Positions 1 through 8,536 of a DNA stretch of 64,000 nucleotides are shown here, one piece after another. Under the pieces are notes generated by a model. It searched no databases and was not told where the DNA came from. It saw nothing but the letters and a program-made list of their open reading frames with translations. Origin of the DNA: an uncultured Elusimicrobia bacterium (GTDB taxonomy: Bacteria; Elusimicrobiota; Elusimicrobia; Elusimicrobiales; UBA9959); contig CAISZM010000001.1 in the NCBI GenBank assembly GCA_903889965.1, positions 1,389 through 65,388 of the forward strand. Reading direction: 5' to 3'. The position numbers and the translations under genes were made by a program. Within the stretch, counting starts at the first letter, position 1, and every line of letters starts with the position of its first letter.

Positions 1-1775
1 CCGGATCTGACAAGCGGCAGAGGTCCGGCAACAGCCGTCATGCCGCTAAGATACTTGTAGCCTATCTTGTCCGGCATCCGCACAGCTTCCCCCTGCAGCT
101 TAGCCGTCCATTCCCCGGTATTGTGGTAGGCCAGATCGAAAGTATGCTCCTTATCGGCGGATACCATGTCCAGCACCAGCACAAGCTCGCGGCCGATCAG
201 GGCGACAGCCCTGCGGTAGGCAACGCCGGGATAAATGGGCCCAGCGTCCGCAAGTACCCCGCTCCATGACGAAGTGGAGATGAAGGCCAGGCTGCTCCCG
301 GTGGCAGGAGCCTGGTCAGCCTCGTCCACCACCAGCGTATTGTGCGCTATCGATGTCCTGCGCCATTGCCCGTGTATCGGCGCGCCATACAGCCCGGTGC
401 CGGGATCAAAGCCTAAAATAGCCGCGCTGCTGTAGAGTATGAAATTCAGCTTGTCGGGATGTCCATGTCCGCCGCCGTGCGGGCCGTATTTAAGACACAG
501 CCAGGTGGCGTTCTTGCCCTTGCCTTTGCGCAGGACGGCGTAACCCGCGCCGGTATAATTGCGGCTGCCCGGTTCGGTTTGCGTGGCGGAGGCCGGCAGG
601 GGGTAAACGCCGGCTATGAGCGCCTGCAATGAATCGCGTTTAGTCCCGCCGAGGATCCCGGCGAAAGCCGTATCGCCGTAATGTGCGAGGCCCAGCTCGT
701 AAAGCGGGGCCTCGCTCAGGAGATTTACCGCCGATGAATCGTTGAAGGCCGGTAAAGTCATGTCCGGCAGGGCGAACTCCAGCGGAGCTTTGAACATCCT
801 GTAATAACTGTTTCCGCCGGCTGTATAACCGTAAATGTCCAGGCCGCAGCGCCGCCCGGCTTCTGCCAGCGGGGCGACGGCGCTCATCGTGTAAAAATGA
901 TAGGTCCACGAGCCTTCATACCACTGCCCGTCGCCGTTGATGCCTTTGGCGATCTGGGCGTAGAAGCCGTGTTCCGAAGCGAGCGCGTCGGACACCAGCG
1001 CCTCATCGCCCAGCAGAAGGCCCGCCAGGGCGACCGCGGAATTCTTCCAGCACTGGATATTGTGTATCTCCATCTTGTGCCTGAGTATCACCTGCGCGGC
1101 CGGCCGGAAAAGGCCTTCCGCAAGACGCTTGCGGTCGGCGCCGCTCAATCTATCCCAGATAAGATCCGCCCCCTGGCACATGGGGATAAGCCATGTGGAC
1201 TCGTCTAAAGTCTGCGCCATCACGCGTCCGGCGCTGGCGGTATCCTTACCTTTAATGTCATGCAGGGGGTATGCGCGGTATCTTTCGGCGTAAGCCAGAA
1301 GTATTTCGCGCGCTTTGTCCGCGTATTTCCGCTGTGAGGTCAGGCGATATATAAAGCCCAGATCCCTGACGGCGGCGGAATAGGAGTTGTGGATGTTCCC
1401 CAGCAGGACGTCGTCATATGGCCAGCCGGTGTAGACCCTGCCGCAAACCGGGCACTTGTGCGTGGCGGAGGAAACCGTGACCAACCGCGCGCCGTCGTCC
1501 GCGCAGGCATAATAATGGCCCCACTGCCCGCCGCGTTCCGGAAGCCCGGTTTTTTTCAACACCCACTCGTCCGCCTTTTTGACCATGGCGGAGTAGCGCG
1601 CTTTAAGGACGGGGTCTTTTTCAATTCTGGCCTTGATGGCGGGTATCTCGGGGTCGGTGATCAACAGGCGCGGATGCGCGGGCAGCGGAGGCAGGGATCC
1701 TGTTCCGGGGGGCTGTGCGGATAATATGCCTGTAAAAAGGCACAACAGCGATAGCGTAATGGGTGATATTTTCAT
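1..1775 (-). CDS. Heparinase II/III-like polysaccharide lyase family protein, secreted; 3' end lies beyond the window start (partial)
   Basis: Absent from the ORF track because it is open to the window edge. My reverse-complement translation from ATG 1775 gives MKISPITLSLLCLFTGILSAQPP (signal peptide). Near the edge it gives ...KYGPHGGGHGHPDKLNFILY...RTSIAHNTLVVDE, which is the heparinase II/III C-terminal signature. This frame has no stop down to position 3. Confidence 0.6.
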   Translation of the reverse strand, partial: MKISPITLSLLCLFTGILSAQPPGTGSLPPLPAHPRLLITDPEIPAIKARIEKDPVLKARYSAMVKKADEWVLKKTGLPERGGQWGHYYACADDGARLVTVSSATHKCPVCGRVYTGWPYDDVLLGNIHNSYSAAVRDLGFIYRLTSQRKYADKAREILLAYAERYRAYPLHDIKGKDTASAGRVMAQTLDESTWLIPMCQGADLIWDRLSGADRKRLAEGLFRPAAQVILRHKMEIHNIQCWKNSAVALAGLLLGDEALVSDALASEHGFYAQIAKGINGDGQWYEGSWTYHFYTMSAVAPLAEAGRRCGLDIYGYTAGGNSYYRMFKAPLEFALPDMTLPAFNDSSAVNLLSEAPLYELGLAHYGDTAFAGILGGTKRDSLQALIAGVYPLPASATQTEPGSRNYTGAGYAVLRKGKGKNATWLCLKYGPHGGGHGHPDKLNFILYSSAAILGFDPGTGLYGAPIHGQWRRTSIAHNTLVVDEADQAPATGSSLAFISTSSWSGVLADAGPIYPGVAYRRAVALIGRELVLVLDMVSADKEHTFDLAYHNTGEWTAKLQGEAVRMPDKIGYKYLSGMTAVAGPLPLVRS

Positions 1776-1855
1776 TGGTGACCGGCTTTGCCGGGGTCTT
1801 TTTTGTTTTGTATAGTTAAATATGTCGTCTTCCATCGGGAGTCCCGCTGAAAATT

Positions 1856-4159
1856 ATGCCATATAAAGATGCTCCGCATAACGAGCCGGTAAAAGGCCCC
1901 GGCTTCGCCGCTTTTATAGACTTACACGACTCCACCTACGCCTGGGACCAGAACGCGGATACGGCGGCCGAAATGATACGGGAACTCTACAAGTCGGTAG
2001 AGGCGGCCGTGGACAAGTACAATGGGCATGTCGGGAATTTTACTGGCGACGGTTTCCTGGTGCTTTTCACCAGCGTGGAAAGCAGTATTTTGTGCCTGAG
2101 CCGGATCATACAGGATTGGGAAAAGACCCGGGTGAAGTATATTGAAAAATTTTCCGTCGCCGGGGTGTCCGTCCCGGACGGCCATTTCCTGGCTCTGCGC
2201 ACCGGTATCTCTTTCGGTAATTTCGGTCCCCTGGCTATAAAAAACACGACCCACTATTCGGGTTCCGGCATAAATAAGGCCCAGCGCTGCGAGGCCGCGT
2301 CAAAAGAGTACTTCAGGCGGGAGACAATAGGGCAGCTTGTCTCCCCGAATTACGTTTTTGTGGACAGCAGCGCCGAAAACCTCATTAACGTAAGGAGCGA
2401 TTTTTCTATTTCGGAACAATTGCCGGCGCAATTTAAGGGATATTCCCAGACTCACGTGTCGGTGGACAAGCCCGAGTTCGAATCCAGGAAACAGTTCATT
2501 TATGCCGTCTGGCCCAGGGAAAAGGCCGGCTCAGCCGGGAAATCGGGGACCGAATTGGAGAAACTGGCCCTGGCCCAGACGAAGGCGGATATAGGCGACA
2601 GGCTTGTGCTGGCGGCGCAAACGATAAGGTCCGCCAGGATGTACCACGAATTGTCCGAGTCGGCCATGGGGAAGAACCGCAGAAAGCTGCTTGAAGAAGC
2701 GGTCAAAGCCTACCAGGATGCCTTGAAGTCTTACACCCCCGATTCGTCCCCGGGCGATTATGCCAATGCGCAGAATAATCTCGGCAGCGCGCTGTTCGAC
2801 CAGGCTTCCACTCTGGCGGGAGGGGAAAAGAGACAAAAACTCGAGGAAGCGGTAGCGGCGCACAATGAAGCGCTGAAAATATACACCATTACCTCGGCTC
2901 CCGACGACTATGCCCGCGCACAAAGCGGCCTTGGAAGAGTTTTCAGTTTCCAGGCCGACATCCTGGCCGGCGAGGATAAGAAGAAAAAACTCAGGGATAC
3001 GCTGACCGCTTACAAAGAATCTTTGCGGGTCTGGACACTCGCTTTAAACCCGGCCGGTTATGCCTCGGGCCAGCGCAACCTCGGTTCGGCGCTGGCGGAC
3101 CAGGCCATGCTTATGGCCGGCGAAGAGAGGAAACAAACGCTCAATGAGGCCGTTCTGGCGTACAGGGAATCCCTGCGGGTAAAGACGTTCGAAGCAAACC
3201 CGGAAGACTATGCCTTCACGCAGCAGCGGCTCGGTTCTACCTTGAGGGATCAGGCCACGCTTCTTTCCGGGGAAGAGAGGCGGAAAAAACTTGAGGAGGC
3301 GGCGACGGCGCTCAAAGAAGCCCTGCGGGCCTACACTTACGATTCCTCGCCCAACGAATATGCCGGGTCACAAAACAATCTGGGAAACACCCTCAGGGAC
3401 CAGTCACTGACCCTTGCCGGTGAAGAAAAAAAGCAAAAACTTAAAGAGGCCGTCACGGCGTATAAAGAAGCCCTCCGGGTATATACTTTTGACGCATCCC
3501 CGTCCTATTATGCCATGACGCAGAACAATCTCGGCAACTCAATAAGGGGCGAGGCCGTTTTTTTTCCGCGTGAAGAGCGTGTGCGTATATTCGACGAAGC
3601 GATAGCGGCCTACGCCAAGGCGCTGCGGGTCTACACTTTCGAGTCCACCCCCGCCTACTACGCCGGGGTGCAGAACAATCTTGGCGAGGCGATGTGGGAA
3701 AGGGCCGGTTGTTCCGCCGGGGAAACGAAACGGGAAAAATTAAACGAAGCTATTGCCGCCTACAACGAAGCGCTGCGCGGTTACGATCTTTCCTCGTTCC
3801 CGGGCGCCTATGCGCTGGTCAAATATAATATCGGCAATGCCTCCAGGGATATGGCGGGAACCCTGGCCGGCTTGGAAAAACAAAAAAAGCTGGAAGACGC
3901 GGTAGCGGCGTACACGGAAACCCTGCGGGTTTTTACCTTTGAGTCGGCGCCCTGCGACTATGCCGACGCGCAGATAGGCCTTTCGGAAGCATTGGCCGGC
4001 CAGGCGGAGCTCCTGGCGGGGCATGAAAAGAAAGAGAGGCTTATAAAAGCTTTGTCGGCCTGCGCCGAAGCCATGAGGGTCTATACCGAAACCGATTATC
4101 CTGACCGCTGCATTGAGCTGAAAAAGAGAGCGGCGGAATTGAATTCATATCTGCGGTGA
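1856..4159 (+). CDS. Class III nucleotidyl-cyclase-like domain fused to a long TPR-like repeat array (767 aa, soluble)
   Basis: The N-terminal ~165 aa carry cyclase-homology motifs in canonical order: FAAFIDLHDST, GNFTGDGFLVLF, LRTGISFGNFGP, SGSGINKAQRCE. Residues ~277-767 are ten ~49-aa repeats. There is no TM helix or signal peptide. Confidence 0.7.
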   Translation: MPYKDAPHNEPVKGPGFAAFIDLHDSTYAWDQNADTAAEMIRELYKSVEAAVDKYNGHVGNFTGDGFLVLFTSVESSILCLSRIIQDWEKTRVKYIEKFSVAGVSVPDGHFLALRTGISFGNFGPLAIKNTTHYSGSGINKAQRCEAASKEYFRRETIGQLVSPNYVFVDSSAENLINVRSDFSISEQLPAQFKGYSQTHVSVDKPEFESRKQFIYAVWPREKAGSAGKSGTELEKLALAQTKADIGDRLVLAAQTIRSARMYHELSESAMGKNRRKLLEEAVKAYQDALKSYTPDSSPGDYANAQNNLGSALFDQASTLAGGEKRQKLEEAVAAHNEALKIYTITSAPDDYARAQSGLGRVFSFQADILAGEDKKKKLRDTLTAYKESLRVWTLALNPAGYASGQRNLGSALADQAMLMAGEERKQTLNEAVLAYRESLRVKTFEANPEDYAFTQQRLGSTLRDQATLLSGEERRKKLEEAATALKEALRAYTYDSSPNEYAGSQNNLGNTLRDQSLTLAGEEKKQKLKEAVTAYKEALRVYTFDASPSYYAMTQNNLGNSIRGEAVFFPREERVRIFDEAIAAYAKALRVYTFESTPAYYAGVQNNLGEAMWERAGCSAGETKREKLNEAIAAYNEALRGYDLSSFPGAYALVKYNIGNASRDMAGTLAGLEKQKKLEDAVAAYTETLRVFTFESAPCDYADAQIGLSEALAGQAELLAGHEKKERLIKALSACAEAMRVYTETDYPDRCIELKKRAAELNSYLR
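2684..4156 (+). repeat. Ten tandem ~150-bp coding repeats (TPR-like units) inside the cyclase-TPR CDS
   Basis: The protein repeats with a period of ~49-50 aa. Consensus is about KLEEAVxAYxEALRVYTxExxPxxYAxxQNNLGxALxDQAxLLAGEEKxx, for example KLEEAATALKEALRAYTYDSSPNEYAGSQNNLGNTLRDQSLTLAGEEKKQ. Confidence 0.8.
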
Positions 4160-4266
4160 TCCCAGGATCTCCCCAGGTCCGCAGGCGGACCAGCGCCGCT
4201 CGATCGTCGCCGGCCCACGCGCAGGCCGCTGAAATCAAATATACACGTTCTGTCCGGCAGGGGGGC

Positions 4267-5595
4267 ATGAAACCGGCCCGCAAAACATGGTTCAGCTTGC
4301 GGGATTTATTTTGTAAACTGACGATAATGTCCCCTCTCAAAACACGCAACAAGCTGCTGAAGCCTTCCCAGGCCATTCACGCGCTGCACCCGGAGGTGCC
4401 GAAGAACGAGGTCATACACGCTTTGCGCGAACGCGTCAAGGAGTTGACGGCGCTGCATTCAACGGTCTGCGTGCTGCAGGACGACAGTCTTTCCACCAGG
4501 GAGGTTCTTGACCGCGTGGTCAAGCTCGTCCCGCCGGCATGGCAGTACCCGGAGATCACCTCGGGACGTATAATTGTCGGGGACTGCGAAGGCCGGAATC
4601 GCGGTTTCAGGCGTACACGCTGGCTGCAGGCCTGCGATTTCCGCGTAAGCCCCAAGCTGACCGGACGCATAGAGGTTTATTACCGCAAAAAAATGCCCAA
4701 AGAGGCTGAAGGCCCGTTTCTCGCCGAAGAGCGCAACCTTATTAATTCCCTGGCCGACATGCTCAGGGTCTATTTTGAGCGCAAGCTGGCCTCAAAGGCC
4801 CTGATGGACGCCCACAAAGACCTGGAGCGCCGTGTGACGGAACGTACGGCGGAGCTGCAAAAGCTCAATTTCGCGCTCAAGAACGAGGTAAGGGAGCGCG
4901 AACTGCGGCAAAATGAAATACTTTCGTACCAGGAAAAACTTAAAGGCCTCTCTTCCGAGCTTATATTGACCGAGGAACGCGAACGCAGGGAGATCGCCAC
5001 GGATCTGCACGATATCATAGGCCAGACCCTGGCCATGGCTAAAATGAAGGCGGGGGTTTTGCGCGGCTACTGCTCAGCCGCCGAGGCCTCCGGCGAACTG
5101 AAGAACCTTTCGGGCTTTATAGACGAGGCGATACTTGCCACCCGCAACCTCACCTTCCAGCTCGCTTCTCCCATACTTTATGAACTGGGGCTTGAGAGCG
5201 CCCTGGAGCGGTTGGCCGAGGATACCCGCAAACGCCACGGCCTGGCGGTAAGTTTCCGCGCCGAGGGCGGACGCCTGCCATTGCCGACCGAGACCAGCGT
5301 GCTTATATTCAAGTCCGCGCGGGAGCTGCTTATCAACGCAGTGAAACATTCCGGCGCTTCAGAGGTAAAGCTGCGCGTGCGCCGCGCCGGCGGCAGGATA
5401 ACCGTAACGGTGAGGGATAACGGCCGCGGGTTTAACCCGGTGGCCGCCTCGGTTTATGACGGCGCCAAGGGCGGGTTCGGGCTTTTCTCCATCAGGGAGA
5501 AAGTCTCGCGTCTGGGAGGGGCTTTCCGGCTGAGCTCCCAACCGGGTTCGGGCACGCTCGCTGTAATAACAGCGCCTCTCGGCAAGGACAAATAA
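4267..5595 (+). CDS. Cytoplasmic sensor histidine kinase, HisKA_3 (NarX/DegS-like) type
   Basis: H-box EERERREIATDLHDIIGQTLA. ATPase motifs VTVRDNGRGFNP and GGFGLFSIREKVSRLGGAFRLSSQPGSGT. It has a coiled-coil linker and a ~170-aa N-terminal domain of unrecognised type with no TM helix. The ORF is open from GTG 4156, overlapping the upstream stop. I chose ATG 4267, preceded by AGGGGG, but the start is uncertain. Confidence 0.8.
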   Translation: MKPARKTWFSLRDLFCKLTIMSPLKTRNKLLKPSQAIHALHPEVPKNEVIHALRERVKELTALHSTVCVLQDDSLSTREVLDRVVKLVPPAWQYPEITSGRIIVGDCEGRNRGFRRTRWLQACDFRVSPKLTGRIEVYYRKKMPKEAEGPFLAEERNLINSLADMLRVYFERKLASKALMDAHKDLERRVTERTAELQKLNFALKNEVRERELRQNEILSYQEKLKGLSSELILTEERERREIATDLHDIIGQTLAMAKMKAGVLRGYCSAAEASGELKNLSGFIDEAILATRNLTFQLASPILYELGLESALERLAEDTRKRHGLAVSFRAEGGRLPLPTETSVLIFKSARELLINAVKHSGASEVKLRVRRAGGRITVTVRDNGRGFNPVAASVYDGAKGGFGLFSIREKVSRLGGAFRLSSQPGSGTLAVITAPLGKDK

Positions 5596-5597
5596 CT

Positions 5598-6245
5598 ATG
5601 GTTAAAAAGATATTGATCTGTGACGACCACAAGATATTCCGCGAAGGTCTGCGGGCATTGCTGGAAAAACAGACCGACATAAAGGTGGTGGGCGAAGCAA
5701 GGGACGGAATAGAGGCGGTGCGTCTCGCCGGGGAGCTTGCCCCGGATATCGTCATAATGGATATTTCAATGCCGGGCCTGAACGGTATAGAAGCCTCGCG
5801 TAAAATCGCCAAGGCGCATAAGGCGGCGCGCGTTGTGGCGCTTTCAATGCATAATGACCGGAAGTATGTTACCGAGATCTTTAAAGCGGGCGCACGCGCC
5901 TACCTGCTTAAGGATTCGGCCTTTGAGGAACTTCTGGACGCGATAAAAGCCGTGAACTGCGGCCGTTTTTTCCTGAGCGCCGGTATTACCAGCCTGGTGC
6001 TGAGCGATTACATCAAGGGCTCTGCCGGAGACCCCCGCAGCCCGTTCATCATGCTTTCTTCACGCGAAAGGGAAGTGCTGCAGCTCCTGGCTGAAGGCCT
6101 GCGGACCAAGGAGATATCGCACAAACTGGATTTGAGCATTAAGACCGTCGAGACCCACCGCAAAAAGATCATGGAAAAAATAGGGATACAGAGCATTGCC
6201 GGCCTCACCCGTTACGCGGTGAAAGAGGGGCTGGTAAGTTTGTAA
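5598..6245 (+). CDS. NarL/FixJ-family response regulator (REC + LuxR-type HTH)
   Basis: KILICDDHKIFREGLRALL and DIVIMDISMPGLNGIEA (receiver). LSSREREVLQLLAEGLRTKEISHKLDLSIKTVETHRKKIMEKIG (LuxR HTH). It starts 2 nt after the kinase stop. Confidence 0.9.
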   Translation: MVKKILICDDHKIFREGLRALLEKQTDIKVVGEARDGIEAVRLAGELAPDIVIMDISMPGLNGIEASRKIAKAHKAARVVALSMHNDRKYVTEIFKAGARAYLLKDSAFEELLDAIKAVNCGRFFLSAGITSLVLSDYIKGSAGDPRSPFIMLSSREREVLQLLAEGLRTKEISHKLDLSIKTVETHRKKIMEKIGIQSIAGLTRYAVKEGLVSL

Positions 6246-6311
6246 TGTCCCTGTTCCCCGGAGAACTGGCTGCGATACCATGGCCGCCCGTAAGGTTTTT
6301 CCACCATACCC

Positions 6312-6328
6312 ATCAGGGAATCCCTGAT
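6312..6328. promoter_or_regulatory. 17-bp perfect palindrome ATCAGGGAATCCCTGAT upstream of amtB, candidate regulator site
   Basis: Read directly from the sequence. Its centre lies ~31 bp upstream of the TATAAT at 6351-6356, roughly -40 to -45 if that hexamer is the -10 box. Confidence 0.3.
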
Positions 6329-6350
6329 ACCGCCGTTCCGTCGCAATCCG

Positions 6351-6383
6351 TATAATTTATTCGCGGGGATAGCTGCCGCGAAT
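6351..6383 (+). promoter_or_regulatory. Putative -10 box (TATAAT, 6351-6356) followed by inverted repeat ATTCGCGG-N9-CCGCGAAT (6359-6383) in the amtB leader
   Basis: The hexamer and the 8-bp arms were read directly. The repeat sits between the putative -10 and the GGAGGGAG ribosome-binding site before ATG 6407. Confidence 0.3.
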
Positions 6384-6406
6384 ATAAATACGGAGGGAGA
6401 TCCTAT

Positions 6407-7618
6407 ATGTTTGATACCGGAAATACCGGGTTTATGCTCGTGTCGACAAGCCTCGTCATGCTCATGACCCCCGGACTTGCCTTTTTTTACGGCGGGCTTG
6501 TGGGCCGCAAGAACGTGCTGGCCATAATGATACAGAGTTTCGTGTCGATGGGCGTAACCACGATCCTGTGGTACGCTTTCGGCTACTCGCTGTGTTTCAG
6601 CGGCGGGCAGGGCGCGGTGATCGGCAATCTGGACATGGCCTTTATGCACGGCATAACCCCCATGACCGCCTTCACCGGGTCCAGCAGCATACCTTTGTTG
6701 GTGTTCTTCGCTTATCAGATGATGTTCGCCCAGATAACGCCGGCGCTCATCACCGGGGCTTTCACCAACCGCATCAACTTTAAGGCCTACCTGATATTCC
6801 TGGTCCTGTGGCTGATATTTGTGTACTTCCCTCTGGCGCACATGGTGTGGGGCGGAGGCCTGATGTCCAAGTGGGGCGTGCTCGATTTCGCCGGAGGCAT
6901 AGTGGTCCATGCTACCGCGGGTTTTGCCGCTCTCGCATCCGTGTTCTTCGTGGGCAAACGCAAGGTGGCGGACTCCGGCGCGCATAGCATCCCCCTGGTG
7001 GCGCTGGGAACGGGTTTGCTCTGGTTCGGGTGGTACGGTTTTAACGCCGGCAGCGAACTGAAGGTGGACCCTGTAACGGCTCTGGCCTTTGTAAACACCG
7101 ATGTCGCCGCTTCCTTCGCGGCTATAACCTGGCTGTTCATCGCCTGGTCGCTGGAAAAGAAGCCCAAGTTCGTGGGCCTGCTGACGGGTTCCATAGCGGG
7201 CCTGGCTACCATAACCCCGGGCGCCGGCTATGTTACCACTAAAGCCGCAGTGTGCATCGGCATTCTTGCCAGCGTAGTCTGTTACATGGCCGTGAACATG
7301 AAGAATAAACTGGGCTGGGACGACGCTCTTGATGTGTGGGGCGTGCATGGCGTGGGCGGCGTGCTGGGCGTGATAATGCTTGGAGTGTTCGGCACTACGG
7401 CTGTAAACGCGGCTGGAGCCAACGGCCTTTGGCACGGCGATGCCGTGTTCTTCTTCAAGCAGGTGATAGCGGTAACAGCTACGGCCATTTACGCCTTCCT
7501 GTTCTCCTACGGCATGCTGTTCGTTATAAACCTGTTCACTCCGGTAAGGACAGAGGAAAAAGAGGAAGAGGCCGGTTTGGACGAGGCGCAACACGGCGAG
7601 ACGGCCTACCTGCATTAA
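6407..7618 (+). CDS. amtB: Ammonium transporter (Amt family)
   Basis: 403 aa, polytopic. Amt signatures present: LDFAGGIVVHATAGFAALA, LLWFGWYGFNAGS, WDDALDVWGVHGVGGVLG. Confidence 0.95.
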   Translation: MFDTGNTGFMLVSTSLVMLMTPGLAFFYGGLVGRKNVLAIMIQSFVSMGVTTILWYAFGYSLCFSGGQGAVIGNLDMAFMHGITPMTAFTGSSSIPLLVFFAYQMMFAQITPALITGAFTNRINFKAYLIFLVLWLIFVYFPLAHMVWGGGLMSKWGVLDFAGGIVVHATAGFAALASVFFVGKRKVADSGAHSIPLVALGTGLLWFGWYGFNAGSELKVDPVTALAFVNTDVAASFAAITWLFIAWSLEKKPKFVGLLTGSIAGLATITPGAGYVTTKAAVCIGILASVVCYMAVNMKNKLGWDDALDVWGVHGVGGVLGVIMLGVFGTTAVNAAGANGLWHGDAVFFFKQVIAVTATAIYAFLFSYGMLFVINLFTPVRTEEKEEEAGLDEAQHGETAYLH

Positions 7619-7631
7619 CGGCGCAGCGAAT

Positions 7632-7667
7632 TGCCCGTCCGGGAAGCTGTCCGGGCGGGCATTTTTA
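7632..7667 (+). terminator. Rho-independent terminator/attenuator-like hairpin between amtB and the next gene
   Basis: Stem GCCCGTCCGG (7633-7642) pairs with CCGGGCGGGC (7651-7660) with one G-U pair. The loop is 8 nt and ATTTTTA follows. Confidence 0.5.
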
Positions 7668-7687
7668 TGTCACTTGGAGGGGGAAAC

Positions 7688-8425
7688 ATGAGAATACCTT
7701 ATCTTACCGCCGCGATACTCCTGCTAGCCTCGCTGACCGCGAAAGCCACTCCTTCCACGCAGATCTGGATACCGTCGACCGATATACAGAAGTACAAGAG
7801 CCTGCATCTCAATATCGATAATTATGTGGCGGCTCAAAAAGAGCCCGGCGGATTATGGAAAGCCCCTGTTTTTGTGGCCGGCCCCACAATCGGCGTGCTT
7901 CCTTATGAAAAGATCCAGGCAGAGGCAGGTTTTGACTTGATGAGGAGCGGTTTGCCTTCCGATAACTATCCTTTCTATTTTCACGCCAAGGTCGGTGCTC
8001 CGGAAGGCGCCGTTTTTCCCGGCTCTCCGGCGCTGGCTATCGGCGGTTATAATTTCGGCCTGAAACGCGAGGTTACCGATCAGAACATCATTTACGGCCT
8101 GGCCGCAAAGAACCTTCCCGCGATAGGCAGGCTTTCAGCCGGATACTATTCGGGAAATAAAAAATTGCTTCTGGATGAAAATGGGAAGAAGGCCGATACG
8201 GGCGTACTTCTCTCCTGGGACAGGGTATTAAGCGAGGTTTCGGACAAGCTTTGGGCGGCGGTGGATTATCAGGGCGGGGAATCGCCGCTTGGCGCGTTCA
8301 ACTTCGGGGTTTCATGGACCTTCGCGCCGGATACGAGCGTAATACTCGGTTACGACATGTACAATAACGTAAAAGTGGCCGGGCGCGATACCTTTACCGT
8401 ACAGCTGGATATCAATCTCTGGTAA
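7688..8425 (+). CDS. Putative outer-membrane beta-barrel protein (245 aa)
   Basis: ATG 7688 follows GGAGGGGGA. Signal peptide MRIPYLTAAILLLASLTAKA. Alternating hydrophobic pattern with a C-terminal aromatic end ...FTVQLDINLW. No family recognised. Confidence 0.5.
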   Translation: MRIPYLTAAILLLASLTAKATPSTQIWIPSTDIQKYKSLHLNIDNYVAAQKEPGGLWKAPVFVAGPTIGVLPYEKIQAEAGFDLMRSGLPSDNYPFYFHAKVGAPEGAVFPGSPALAIGGYNFGLKREVTDQNIIYGLAAKNLPAIGRLSAGYYSGNKKLLLDENGKKADTGVLLSWDRVLSEVSDKLWAAVDYQGGESPLGAFNFGVSWTFAPDTSVILGYDMYNNVKVAGRDTFTVQLDINLW

Positions 8426-8536
8426 AAAACAAGCCAAGACGCGCAGGATCTGAATTACCCCGGGTAAGGACCCGGTACCTTGTTGCGCGTCGGCAGGGCG
8501 CTCCGGCGGCCGGTATCCGTTATGCCGCGGCGCCCG

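Noticed and set aside
2684-4156. Regular ~150-bp periodicity that could be mistaken for a CRISPR or satellite array
   Set aside because: The period is in-frame inside a long ORF and corresponds to ~49-aa TPR-like protein repeats. The copies are diverged at the DNA level and lack a repeat/spacer structure.
6212-7615. 467-aa ORF on the minus strand covering the whole amtB region
   Set aside because: It is exactly antisense to a textbook Amt transporter. Its translation is His/Arg/Gly/Gln-rich low-complexity sequence, typical of open antisense frames in G+C-rich DNA, and carries no motifs.
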